Source: a virus (lineage: Duplodnaviria > Caudoviricetes). From it: a stretch of 64,000 nt of DNA. Under the pieces are notes generated by a model. It had not been told where the DNA came from, searched no databases, and saw nothing but the letters and a program-made list of their open reading frames with translations. A program made the translations under genes and the position numbers. Below are positions 55,683-64,000 of this stretch, in pieces (within the stretch, counting starts at the first letter, position 1; each line of letters begins with the position of its first letter). The stretch spans positions 3,626-67,625 of IMG/VR virus record IMGVR_UViG_3300019459_001231; one strand, 5' to 3'.

Positions 55683-56165
55683 TTATAGTCTTTTTAATAT
55701 TTTTGATTTTGCTTCAGCAACTTTACTTTTTGCTTTGCTCAGCTTGGCAACTGCAACGTCTTCGTTAACTGTACCACGTTTAATTCTAGTGTTGTGCATG
55801 TAAACTTCGTATAGATTATCCATATAACTGTTGTCGTGTGTTACTAATTCTTGTATTCTACTGCTTTTACCCAGCATTAGATTTTTTACAATGCCCATAG
55901 CAGTTTCAAATAAACCTAATTCTCTGTGTATAATTTTATCGCCATCTACTACATTATAAAAACGTTTTTGTTTACCTGCAAATTCTTGTAATACAATATC
56001 AATTCTATAATTTTGTACACTAACACTAGTTTCTGTTACTTTTTGGGTGATTGCCATTTCTAATTCAACATCACTTTCAGCACGTTCAGCTACTATTTTA
56101 CTAGTACTGTCCACACTGTTGAGTTTGTTGAGAATATCATACATTTTTTTGGTATTTTGATCCAT
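55683..56165 (-). CDS. hypothetical protein
   Basis: ORF in late cluster. Confidence 0.65.
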   Translation of the reverse strand: MDQNTKKMYDILNKLNSVDSTSKIVAERAESDVELEMAITQKVTETSVSVQNYRIDIVLQEFAGKQKRFYNVVDGDKIIHRELGLFETAMGIVKNLMLGKSSRIQELVTHDNSYMDNLYEVYMHNTRIKRGTVNEDVAVAKLSKAKSKVAEAKSKILKRL

Positions 56166-56166
56166 A

Positions 56167-56391
56167 TCATTTCGCCATTTTGTTAGTGTTAAGTTTGTAT
56201 GCTACTTGTTTGTTATTGATGTCTTTGTCCAGTACACCTTTGGTTACTAGTGATTGTGCAATATAACAATCACGTTCATTTAAATTTTGTTTTTCTAATA
56301 GTTTGTCTTCACTGAAGTGTTCTTGTATAAACTGATTTTCTCTACTGCTGAGCCAAACAGTAATACCGCCTTTGGTTACCATAGTCTTCAT
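56167..56391 (-). CDS. hypothetical protein
   Basis: Coupled ORF. Confidence 0.65.
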   Translation of the reverse strand: MKTMVTKGGITVWLSSRENQFIQEHFSEDKLLEKQNLNERDCYIAQSLVTKGVLDKDINNKQVAYKLNTNKMAK

Positions 56392-56645
56392 TGCTGTGTG
56401 TCCTGTGCTGGTTGTGGATTAAGTATTCTCTGAGGCATACCTGTTGCCATTTTCTTGCTCAGTCTACTAGCACGTCTAGTTAATGCTTTGTTGGCTATGT
56501 TAAGTTCTCTGTTTGCATCAGCATTTTTATTGTTGGCACGTTTGGTTTGGTTAATGTTTGTTGCATTGACTTTTCTATTCATTGCAACACCTTTTTGCAT
56601 TCCGTACCCTGCTGGGCTCTCAGATATAATGTCCATAATCTTCAT
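56388..56645 (-). CDS. basic hypothetical protein with E-terminated leader
   Basis: MKIMDIISE leader. Confidence 0.6.
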   Translation of the reverse strand: MKIMDIISESPAGYGMQKGVAMNRKVNATNINQTKRANNKNADANRELNIANKALTRRASRLSKKMATGMPQRILNPQPAQDTQQ

Positions 56646-56938
56646 TAGCGTCTCCTCGCCGGCTTGTTTAATCTTTTCAGTGCTCTACTTGCTGGATTAA
56701 ACTTTTTAGTACGCTGTGCTTTACGTGCCATACGTTTGCCCATGCGACTTTTGGTTTTTCTCAGTGTTAAACGTTTTTTAATATCAATGGGAGCACCGCA
56801 TTGACCTGGTTTACTAACCAAACGACCTGCTCTCTGACCCACAGTGCAACGATACTTGCGTACCAAGTTACGACCTTTACGAGCCCATACTAGTTGTGCT
56901 TCAACCACATTACTGATATCTAATTCATTTAAGTTCAT
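56645..56938 (-). CDS. highly basic protein with E-terminated leader
   Basis: MNLNELDISNVVE leader; very R/K-rich; TATAAATA upstream. Confidence 0.7.
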   Translation of the reverse strand: MNLNELDISNVVEAQLVWARKGRNLVRKYRCTVGQRAGRLVSKPGQCGAPIDIKKRLTLRKTKSRMGKRMARKAQRTKKFNPASRALKRLNKPARRR

Positions 56939-56958
56939 ATGTGTATTTATACGGAAGT

Positions 56959-57213
56959 TTAATTCATCAATAATACGATGATAGTGGACAGTATACCTGC
57001 TGTCACAGTGGCGGCTGCGCCTAACATAATTTTGTTGGTACTTTGGTGATTCTTTACGTTTTCGTCGTGCATAGTTCGCATCTCTGTATGGAGATCCTTA
57101 ACTGCCTTCTCGACGTTGTCAAGTCGTGATTCCAAACCCTTGTACCTTTCTGCACAAAGATCAACATGCGCTTCTAAATTTGTTCGCTCTAGCGAAGTCG
57201 TCTCGGTTGACAT
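56959..57213 (-). CDS. coiled-coil protein with C-terminal TM
   Basis: LEAHVDLCAERY, C-terminal hydrophobic helix. Confidence 0.7.
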   Translation of the reverse strand: MSTETTSLERTNLEAHVDLCAERYKGLESRLDNVEKAVKDLHTEMRTMHDENVKNHQSTNKIMLGAAATVTAGILSTIIVLLMN

Positions 57214-57257
57214 AGTTCAGCTTTCCTGTCACTTCTAGTGACTTAGTTAAAACAGGG

Positions 57258-57315
57258 TGCCTCTATTTTATGTTTGCCTAATATAATTTGCCTATTTGTG
57301 CCTTTGTTTGTGCCT
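57258..57315 (-). repeat. five AGGCA motifs in the A/C-rich 5' leader
   Basis: Plus-strand TGCCT at 57258, 57275, 57289, 57299, 57311; hairpin GTCACT-TCT-AGTGAC at 57228-57242. Confidence 0.8.
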
Positions 57316-57324
57316 ATAGTGTAT

Positions 57325-57738
57325 TTATGATACGTCTTGGTTAAACTTAAAGTATATGTTTACTAATTTGTTATCCAACGTTTCAAATGTTTTAGTATTG
57401 AGTTCTGCTGTTTCTTCTAATCCAGTGTATATAGCAACTCCGTCACAGTCGTTTTTTAAATAATAGAATTTATCGCCGTTGTTATAGAAGACATTGTTAT
57501 GCTCTATACTAAAGTCTAATCTCCATACAGTATGTAGTCCTTGATACTGTTTTCCAAAGCCATAATCAACTACATCTTGTGCCATTAATACCTTCACCTT
57601 GGTGTTAATTGGCTGACTGCGTAGTCCTATACTTTGTACTAGTGTGTTTAGATTCTGTTGTTGATTAAATTGTAAATTGTTATTACGATTTACATTTGTT
57701 TGTGTTATGTCAACCAAACTAAAGGCAGTATAGTTCAT
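57325..57738 (-). CDS. hypothetical protein
   Basis: SLVDITQT, QQQNLNTLVQSIGLRSQP. Confidence 0.7.
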   Translation of the reverse strand: MNYTAFSLVDITQTNVNRNNNLQFNQQQNLNTLVQSIGLRSQPINTKVKVLMAQDVVDYGFGKQYQGLHTVWRLDFSIEHNNVFYNNGDKFYYLKNDCDGVAIYTGLEETAELNTKTFETLDNKLVNIYFKFNQDVS

Positions 57739-58565
57739 CTGTCAGTGGACTTGTATATAGTTTTTTGTCCACTGGACACATCTCCTACAGCGCCTTTCAT
57801 CATACCTCTGCCCAGTGCGTAACCTCCAGCTATTGCTGCTGTTGCACCTGCTATTTTTGCTAATGTGTCACTGCCACGCATACGTGGTGCTTCTGCATTA
57901 CCTGCATTTTTAATCATTAGACCCTGTGTACGTCCAATGTCTCTGATGTAACTGTACAGTTCGCTTCTTAGTGCTTTATTTCTATAGTATTGATTCATTC
58001 TTGTTATAACCAAACTTTTTTGCATGTTGTTGAGTCTAGGCCAATTTTGTGCCAATCGTCTAATACTTCTGTAGTTGCTGTTTTGAATGTCTAGTCCTCT
58101 TTCCAATCTCATAAAGAAAGTTTCAGGACTTGATATAGTCCTACCCTGTTTCATGTTGTTTAAGAACTGTCTTATTTGCATTTCTGGTAAATTAATTTTG
58201 GAATTTTGCATTTGATTTTTTGCACCAGCATCGCTCATTCCATTTTTAAGACTTGCGAGTGCTACGTGTAAATCAGTGCCGCCTTGTTGATAGTTAAAAT
58301 TACTGCCGTATTTCATTGTGCGCTGAGCATATTCTTTTGCGGCAGGAGCCATATCATAATCATGACTCATAATATACAAACTAAGCATGTTCATAAATGC
58401 AAGATCCGCCATATCTCTACTGCTACTGCCTTCTACACGTTGCTTGGTTCTAAACAAACGACTTTCGTTGAGATCACTGATAAATCCATACTGTGACTTT
58501 TTATCTTCACTCATAGTGTGACCTCCTTCAATCTCTGCCCATTGTTTTGCTGTATATTTTTCCAT
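57735..58565 (-). CDS. putative head-associated protein
   Basis: FISDLNE-SRL cleavage-like site; late signal upstream. Confidence 0.65.
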   Translation of the reverse strand: MEKYTAKQWAEIEGGHTMSEDKKSQYGFISDLNESRLFRTKQRVEGSSSRDMADLAFMNMLSLYIMSHDYDMAPAAKEYAQRTMKYGSNFNYQQGGTDLHVALASLKNGMSDAGAKNQMQNSKINLPEMQIRQFLNNMKQGRTISSPETFFMRLERGLDIQNSNYRSIRRLAQNWPRLNNMQKSLVITRMNQYYRNKALRSELYSYIRDIGRTQGLMIKNAGNAEAPRMRGSDTLAKIAGATAAIAGGYALGRGMMKGAVGDVSSGQKTIYKSTDR

Positions 58566-58578
58566 ACTAGTATTTACC

Positions 58579-59652
58579 TTAATTTGGAGTCCAGCGATGA
58601 CGTGGTACTAGTTTGATTTTATCTCTAGTAGCAACATATCCTTCACCGCCTTGTTGACCTTTTGTAGTTGCTGTGACATCACTGCCTGCATTGTCTAATT
58701 GGTCAATTAAATTATTTTTAATAGTTTGAATCTTTACCACAAGATCCAATATAGCATCTAAACCTTTGTCGTCTCCTGCCATCAGTTTTGCTTGCTGTCC
58801 TTGGCTGACCTTGCTGGTTTTTAGCCAATCATAAAATCCTGTCCTGAGTTGGTCTAACTTACCTTGCTTGGTCATTTGGTTAACATAGTTATAGAGTATT
58901 GCATCTTTTCTACTCAGTCCCTGTTCCGGCGCTAACCAATTGTTTATTATTTGTGCGTTCGCATTTGCCGTACTAACTATATCCTGAACTGCACTCGTAT
59001 CAACTTTAGGTTGATGTGTTACGTAGGTTTGCCCTAGTACCACTACATCCTTGCTGTTAACACTGTTGGTATCTTTGATTGGTGTACCTTGTTTGTCACC
59101 AAATGCGTCATGGTAGGTGTGTGCAACAATACCCACACTACTGTTTGCTATACGTTGTCCTAGTTTGCTGTTGGGATCAACTGTGTATGTGACTTTATTG
59201 GGTGTAAACTGTATACCTTGTTCTGTTTTTGCAAAAGGCTTACGTGGTGTATACAGTAAATCTCCATATACATATCCACGCATGTCAGCAGGTGTATTGG
59301 CTTCTAATGTGTCAAACACACTTGCCATGTCTCCTGCGAAGTCCTTGCGCCAATCTTCGCCTTGTCCGCTGTTCATAATAAAATCTGCTAAAGCACCACT
59401 GCTGGTTGTTTTGTTTTTACCCCAGCCATTTTTACCAGTCATTACAAAAGTACCGTCAGGCTCACGACCCCAAAACAATGTTGGATTACCGTCCCATTTG
59501 ATGCTGACATCTTTTGAATCTTGACCTAGGCGTGTGAGTATCTCTGCTGCTTTGAGTGCGCCTTTGCTACCTTCAAATGTAACTAAATCTTCTAAATGAT
59601 TATACTCTCTGCCTTTTTGTGTGGCTTCTGTTAAAAACTGATTGGCTCTCAT
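58579..59652 (-). CDS. DUF6267-like protein with nucleotidyltransferase/ligase motif I (KWDG)
   Basis: HLEDL, SIKWDGNP, YGDLLY, GGEGYV, KLVPR; leader MRANQFLTE. Confidence 0.7.
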   Translation of the reverse strand: MRANQFLTEATQKGREYNHLEDLVTFEGSKGALKAAEILTRLGQDSKDVSIKWDGNPTLFWGREPDGTFVMTGKNGWGKNKTTSSGALADFIMNSGQGEDWRKDFAGDMASVFDTLEANTPADMRGYVYGDLLYTPRKPFAKTEQGIQFTPNKVTYTVDPNSKLGQRIANSSVGIVAHTYHDAFGDKQGTPIKDTNSVNSKDVVVLGQTYVTHQPKVDTSAVQDIVSTANANAQIINNWLAPEQGLSRKDAILYNYVNQMTKQGKLDQLRTGFYDWLKTSKVSQGQQAKLMAGDDKGLDAILDLVVKIQTIKNNLIDQLDNAGSDVTATTKGQQGGEGYVATRDKIKLVPRHRWTPN

Positions 59653-60443
59653 TAGTCAAGTTCTTTCCAATTTGGATCATTGCGAAGATCAGCAAGTAGT
59701 GCATCGCCTGCTTCTTTACCCAATGCGGCTAGTATTTGTTCCACACTGCCAATGTCTTTTCCTGTGGCATTTGGGCCTAATAGTGTACGTGCTACTTCGT
59801 CAATGTTGTTGGTAATTAGTTCTGCTTTTTTACCATTGGCATCTCTGTTAAACAATCCTTGGTAAGGTGACCATAACATGTTTTTGCTCTTGGCAATATT
59901 TGCTAGTGCAATCTGTTTGTTCACACCTTTCCATTTTGATCCTTGTGGAATACTGTGTGTATGAAACTTTGCAGCATTATCAGCATTGGGCACAACCATA
60001 ATATCCACTTGGTGTGTGTTGTCGCCTACAGGTATTTCGATATGTACACTGGTGCCACTTTGCCCAGTATTAAGTCCTGCTAAATCAAATACTTGACGTA
60101 GCTTTTGTCTAATAACTTTGTCTGGCTGATCTTCCATATTAAAGTGTTGCTTGAGTTGATCTACATCAACAATCATATCCAAGTCTCCACTTACTTTGCC
60201 AGGAGTTGGAGTTGCTCCACTGCCAATTGGAATAGCAGTACTGCCAGTTTTTTGTAATACACTGTTTACAGTTTTCATAATTTGAGGAATTATTTTGTGA
60301 TCAAAGCTCACACTATCGGGGAATATATTGCCGCCTTCTTTAATAGGAGCATTATCAAATAAACTTCTTTGTCTTATTCTCTTTAGTCGGCTTCCACGTT
60401 TTTTACGTTTCTTAGTTCCGCCTAGTATGTCTGCTATCTTCAT
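59652..60443 (-). CDS. Pol-beta superfamily nucleotidyltransferase
   Basis: EGGNIF, IGSGA...SGDLDM.VD, HQVDIM. Confidence 0.7.
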   Translation of the reverse strand: MKIADILGGTKKRKKRGSRLKRIRQRSLFDNAPIKEGGNIFPDSVSFDHKIIPQIMKTVNSVLQKTGSTAIPIGSGATPTPGKVSGDLDMIVDVDQLKQHFNMEDQPDKVIRQKLRQVFDLAGLNTGQSGTSVHIEIPVGDNTHQVDIMVVPNADNAAKFHTHSIPQGSKWKGVNKQIALANIAKSKNMLWSPYQGLFNRDANGKKAELITNNIDEVARTLLGPNATGKDIGSVEQILAALGKEAGDALLADLRNDPNWKELD

Positions 60444-60678
60444 TTACTTTACCAATTCCTCTTTGAAACTTACGTGGATCTTTGGTTCTTATGCTGTTAA
60501 TCAAACGCTTGTTTAAATCTGCGGCTGTTTCAACATCAAAACTTTCATTGATCAAATTGATCAAGTTTATCGCTGTAACAATCACTTGTTGTGCATTTGA
60601 CTCAACAATATGCTTTTTGTCACGTTTTGGTGACATAGCATTAATTTCTTCCAATAATGATCTTGTTTTACGCTTCAT
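60412..60678 (-). CDS. hypothetical protein
   Basis: Probable start MKRKTRSLLEE just after TAAATA. Confidence 0.65.
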   Translation of the reverse strand: MKRKTRSLLEEINAMSPKRDKKHIVESNAQQVIVTAINLINLINESFDVETAADLNKRLINSIRTKDPRKFQRGIGKVNEDSRHTRRN

Positions 60679-60916
60679 CTTAGTAGTATTTAGTAAATAT
60701 TGTTGCTGGAGCATTGGTGACAAGCACTTATGGCAGTTGCAGAGAAATTGATTCTCAACATAGGACCAACCATTAAAAATAAGAGCAAATCATCAATGGC
60801 AATGCAAACACACAACACAGGCTCAACTAGGCTCATATTAATGACTCAAATTATACATCGTGTTTGCTGTTCGGAATCATATAATAGATATAGATAAGGT
60901 CGACTGCACCTTTGCT

Positions 60917-61339
60917 TCAGCGCACATCATACTCAAAGTTTTGACAGGTGCTGTGTTTGGCTACAAATCTAGCACCATTGTTTATATGAAATTTTCTTGC
61001 CATCTCTGTTAGCGGACTTAGTGTAACAAATCTTTTAACCCAAGGCCGCTGATGTTTGATTCGCTCTGCTACTCCATTTACTATTTCCCTTCCTGCTCCT
61101 CGCTGATAACTCCACACAGTATAAAATACTGCACAATTTAATCCTACCCACTTCATATCTATTTCGCTAGTAGGCACTTCGTCCATGAATGCTACACATA
61201 TACATGCAGCAATCTCTCCATCACGTTCCAACACATAAACTTCTCTGCCGCTGCGTGTGCGCCATTCTTTGCTAATATGTGGTCTAACTGGATCATTTTT
61301 AATGTGTTCTAATTCTTGTTCAGTTGCTAATCTGATCAC
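60917..61339 (-). CDS. GNAT-fold-like phage protein
   Basis: DPVRPHI, AVFYTVWSYQRGAGR, FVTLSP, ARKFHINNGA. Confidence 0.6.
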   Translation of the reverse strand: MIRLATEQELEHIKNDPVRPHISKEWRTRSGREVYVLERDGEIAACICVAFMDEVPTSEIDMKWVGLNCAVFYTVWSYQRGAGREIVNGVAERIKHQRPWVKRFVTLSPLTEMARKFHINNGARFVAKHSTCQNFEYDVR

Positions 61340-62730
61340 TCGCTTTTCCTCAACAAACTTTTTAATCTATCTGTAGCATCAACTTTTGGATCGGCGTCCA
61401 TGTTATTCTCTGTAACACTTTCACCTGCTGGTGCTACACTGCTTTTTGTTTTTAGTTTTTGATAGATGCTGGTTACTGCACCTTCATCTTCTTGATCGTC
61501 TGGATCCAAGTCTTCAATTTTCAAACTGTCCATGTTAAACTTGAGATCTAGTTTACTTCCAACACCGCTACTACTACGTGTTTTCATAAACTGTATTTGT
61601 ACCCTACCTCTTTCTCGCATAGCTCTACTGCTGAAGATACCAATCAAGTTATCTGCTGTATTGATCTTACTAATACCGCCTGCAATATGGCTATGGTCAA
61701 ATTCTATTTCGTCAACTGCACTTCTGTTCAACTGCGATGCTGTTACAAACAGTATGCCCAGTTCAGTTGCCAAGTTGCGTAGCTCTTCACTAACAAATTT
61801 ATCTTTAATAAATTGATCACTTGGATTTACTTTAACAGTAATTGGCATCATCAAGTCCAAGTAATCTACCAACAGTGCATCCACATGCAAGTTGTGTTGT
61901 ATTTGATATTCTCGCAAATATGCTTTGATGTCGTTGATAGTGCTACCATTTTTCATTTGTATTACTTGTAGTCTACCAGCTTTTTTACTGGCCATCTTAA
62001 CACGTAGTTCAACGTCACTGCTATTTTTCATAACGTCTTTGGTGCTCATACCTGTAAGCATAGCATCCAGTCTCATAGCACAAAGTTCTTCGCTAAGTTC
62101 TAAACTGATGTACACAACATTCTTGCCTTGCAAACTCCAGTTCAATGCCAAGTTCTGCATAAACAAACTCTTACCACTACCACTACCACCTGCAAAGATG
62201 TTTAGTTCGCCTGGATTAAATCCACCATACAGCACTCTATCAAATGTTTCCCAGCCAGTTGTGTTCTGTCCTCTGTTGTCTTTGATGCTTTGGATACGTC
62301 CAGCAGGATCCTCCCAATAGTTTGTACCAAAGTCTTTAGCAAGTCCAATCTCAGTTGCGGCTTTGATAATGCCTTCAACTGTGCCATACTCTTTGTTTTC
62401 AAGTTTATCAGCACTTGCTAAGATTGCCGCTTCAAGTGCTTTGTGTCTACAGAACTGTTCAAAGTTATCCATAAACCAATTTTTGTGTTCTGTTGTTAGC
62501 TTGTCTTTTACATCAGCTATTTCAATACCAGCGACACCTTTGACCTGTTCCAACATGGGAACATCATGATATTCATCTGCATGTTTTTTCACAAAGTCCA
62601 CAGTGTCTCTGAACTGTCTATCAAAGTAACTGCTTTCTAATATAGCATTACACCGCACAAAAAGATCCTTGTCTGCCAACAAGAACTCTAAATATAGTTG
62701 TTGTAATTCTGCGCTGTAATCTTCACTCAT
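61336..62730 (-). CDS. replicative DnaB/gp41-like helicase
   Basis: AGGSGSGKS, YISLEL, LVDYLDLM, TASQLNR, KTRSS. Confidence 0.95.
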   Translation of the reverse strand: MSEDYSAELQQLYLEFLLADKDLFVRCNAILESSYFDRQFRDTVDFVKKHADEYHDVPMLEQVKGVAGIEIADVKDKLTTEHKNWFMDNFEQFCRHKALEAAILASADKLENKEYGTVEGIIKAATEIGLAKDFGTNYWEDPAGRIQSIKDNRGQNTTGWETFDRVLYGGFNPGELNIFAGGSGSGKSLFMQNLALNWSLQGKNVVYISLELSEELCAMRLDAMLTGMSTKDVMKNSSDVELRVKMASKKAGRLQVIQMKNGSTINDIKAYLREYQIQHNLHVDALLVDYLDLMMPITVKVNPSDQFIKDKFVSEELRNLATELGILFVTASQLNRSAVDEIEFDHSHIAGGISKINTADNLIGIFSSRAMRERGRVQIQFMKTRSSSGVGSKLDLKFNMDSLKIEDLDPDDQEDEGAVTSIYQKLKTKSSVAPAGESVTENNMDADPKVDATDRLKSLLRKSE

Positions 62731-63055
62731 TAATTTCCCCTTGCAACTTCTTTGTAATATACTCTTCTCTGGTATATATCATAATCCAACTGTTGGATTT
62801 TTTTGGCACAGCGCCTTGACTATCCATTTTTATAGCGTATTCCCAATAGTTTGTCAACCAAATTCGTTGATTGGTTATGTCACTGCGTTTGGGCCACCAA
62901 GCAAAACGTTGTGTCCATTCTGCTTCTAAGTTTGCATAAACTCCAATTGGTTTCATATTTGCTGCCCGTCTGTAAAATTCATCATCTCTAATGTTGTAAT
63001 CATCTACAACGGGATTTCGCAAGTATTTTGATCTTTGTGCTCGATGTCTCAACAC
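62723..63055 (-). CDS. hypothetical protein
   Basis: FAWWP...IWL motif; lies between primase and helicase. Confidence 0.6.
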   Translation of the reverse strand: MLRHRAQRSKYLRNPVVDDYNIRDDEFYRRAANMKPIGVYANLEAEWTQRFAWWPKRSDITNQRIWLTNYWEYAIKMDSQGAVPKKSNSWIMIYTREEYITKKLQGEINE

Positions 63056-64000
63056 TTTCTAATATACTCCTCACTGTAAATAATCTACCATAGCGTTCTA
63101 CTGCATCGCTGGCATCTTTTATATCGTCATCCCATTCAGGAAATGCAACTGCCCAGCCACGCTTTACCGCAACATTCACAGTGTCCATTCCTGCTTTATC
63201 AAAGTCTGGTAATAGTACTATTTGTTTATCTAGTTCTTCAATTATACTGCACTGAACATTACTGGGTGTGTTGCCTGCTAGTGCAACGCCTCCCACTTGT
63301 AGTGCATCTAACTGTCCCTCTGTTACTATAATTATGTCATGTTTCTTTTGTGCATCCAAATTGAACACAAAGTTCTTAGGACTTTTCAAATAGTATTTGG
63401 GCATGCCTTCTGGTCTACTGTCAGGACACCAACGTGCAGTGTATCCAACTATACTACCCTGATGTCTAAAAGGCAGTATAACCCTACTAGCAAAGTGCAT
63501 GTGTGGGCTCCAATACCAGTCAGTATAAAAGTCCAATCCACGCTTCATAAGATATGTGCATGCTAGTGCTAGTTTATCCAACTGCTTGGAGTCTAGTGTA
63601 TCCAATGGATAATTGCCAATCGGATGTGCATCAGGCGGCAGTTCATCTGGATGCCATTCTACTGTGACTTTTTGTACACGCTCTTTGGGTATAAACTGTC
63701 CTGCAATATCATCTGCTTCTTCTTGTTTGAGCAGTTCAAAGTTGACACGCTGTATGTCAGCTTCATCTGCACCAAACGTTTTTAACAATTGTGTAAGTCT
63801 ACCATTGATACGTTTACCTGCACTCCAGCCAGTTTTAAATCCACAGTTAAAACAGTTGTATTGGAACTTGTCATCATGGAACATAATACCGCCACGACCA
63901 CGCTTGTCAGCACTGTGACCGCGAGTGTGACACATTGTACAGTTTCCACTGATCCACCCACTAGGTGTTTGCTTCCAGCCATAAGGCATGTGCTGACGAA
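63000..64000 (-). CDS. DNA primase (Zn finger + TOPRIM); 5' end probably beyond the window
   Basis: CTMCH...YNCFNCG, GYTARW, IVTEGQLDA, PDFDKAG, KDASD. Confidence 0.9.
   Translation of the reverse strand, partial: RQHMPYGWKQTPSGWISGNCTMCHTRGHSADKRGRGGIMFHDDKFQYNCFNCGFKTGWSAGKRINGRLTQLLKTFGADEADIQRVNFELLKQEEADDIAGQFIPKERVQKVTVEWHPDELPPDAHPIGNYPLDTLDSKQLDKLALACTYLMKRGLDFYTDWYWSPHMHFASRVILPFRHQGSIVGYTARWCPDSRPEGMPKYYLKSPKNFVFNLDAQKKHDIIIVTEGQLDALQVGGVALAGNTPSNVQCSIIEELDKQIVLLPDFDKAGMDTVNVAVKRGWAVAFPEWDDDIKDASDAVERYGRLFTVRSILESVETSSTKIKILAKSRCR

Noticed and set aside
60729-60896. 55-aa plus-strand ORF (MAVAEKLILNIG...) and 48-aa minus-strand ORF in the 60.7-60.9 kb gap
   Set aside because: No RBS and no recognisable features; not excluded but not supportable as CDS
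1-64000. CRISPR array, integrase/transposase or reverse transcriptase
   Set aside because: No regularly spaced direct repeats and no such protein motifs seen. The Cas4-like protein at 52944-53609 is a stand-alone phage exonuclease.
1-64000. Stop-codon reassignment
   Set aside because: Conserved genes are full length under the standard code, and TAA, TAG and TGA all terminate real genes

Overview
A 64-kb segment of a large, AT-rich, T4-like jumbo myophage genome. It is not a cellular chromosome. Gene density is very high and almost all genes are on the minus strand, apart from plus-strand islands at 261-6449, 25056-25615 and 30181-31378. Phage core genes include a clamp loader, gp41/DnaB-like helicase, primase, a split DnaE fragment, NrdA/NrdB/glutaredoxin, a Cas4-like exonuclease, a PAAR spike, virion proteins and a GroES-like co-chaperonin. 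Two promoter classes are visible: sigma70 TTGACA-N17-TAnnnT and T4-late-like TATAAATA. The host is probably a marine alphaproteobacterium (Rhodobacteraceae-like), inferred from the permuted two-piece tmRNA (tag ANDNYAPEMALAA), the porin type, DUF1127 and the GAPDH type. The window is unusually rich in host-derived genes: complete pstSCAB, PEPCK, GAPDH, class I aldolase, PRPP synthetase, GMP reductase, IscA/ferredoxin/DUF59, QueD, MazG, ClpS, Hsp20, bS21 and IF-3. The best candidates for undescribed biology are: (1) a CsgF-CsgG-curlin-FecR-curlin-CHASE2 adenylate cyclase operon with a flanking pair of paralogous membrane proteins; (2) a ~450-nt, separately promoted, highly structured non-coding RNA downstream of infC-rpsU; (3) a family of proteins with T4-like capsid-targeting leaders, including a KWDG ligase-like protein, a Pol-beta-like nucleotidyltransferase and a kinase; (4) AGGCA/AGGCT repeat elements and LysR-type and palindromic operators. 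All product calls come from motif recognition by eye; no database searches were run.
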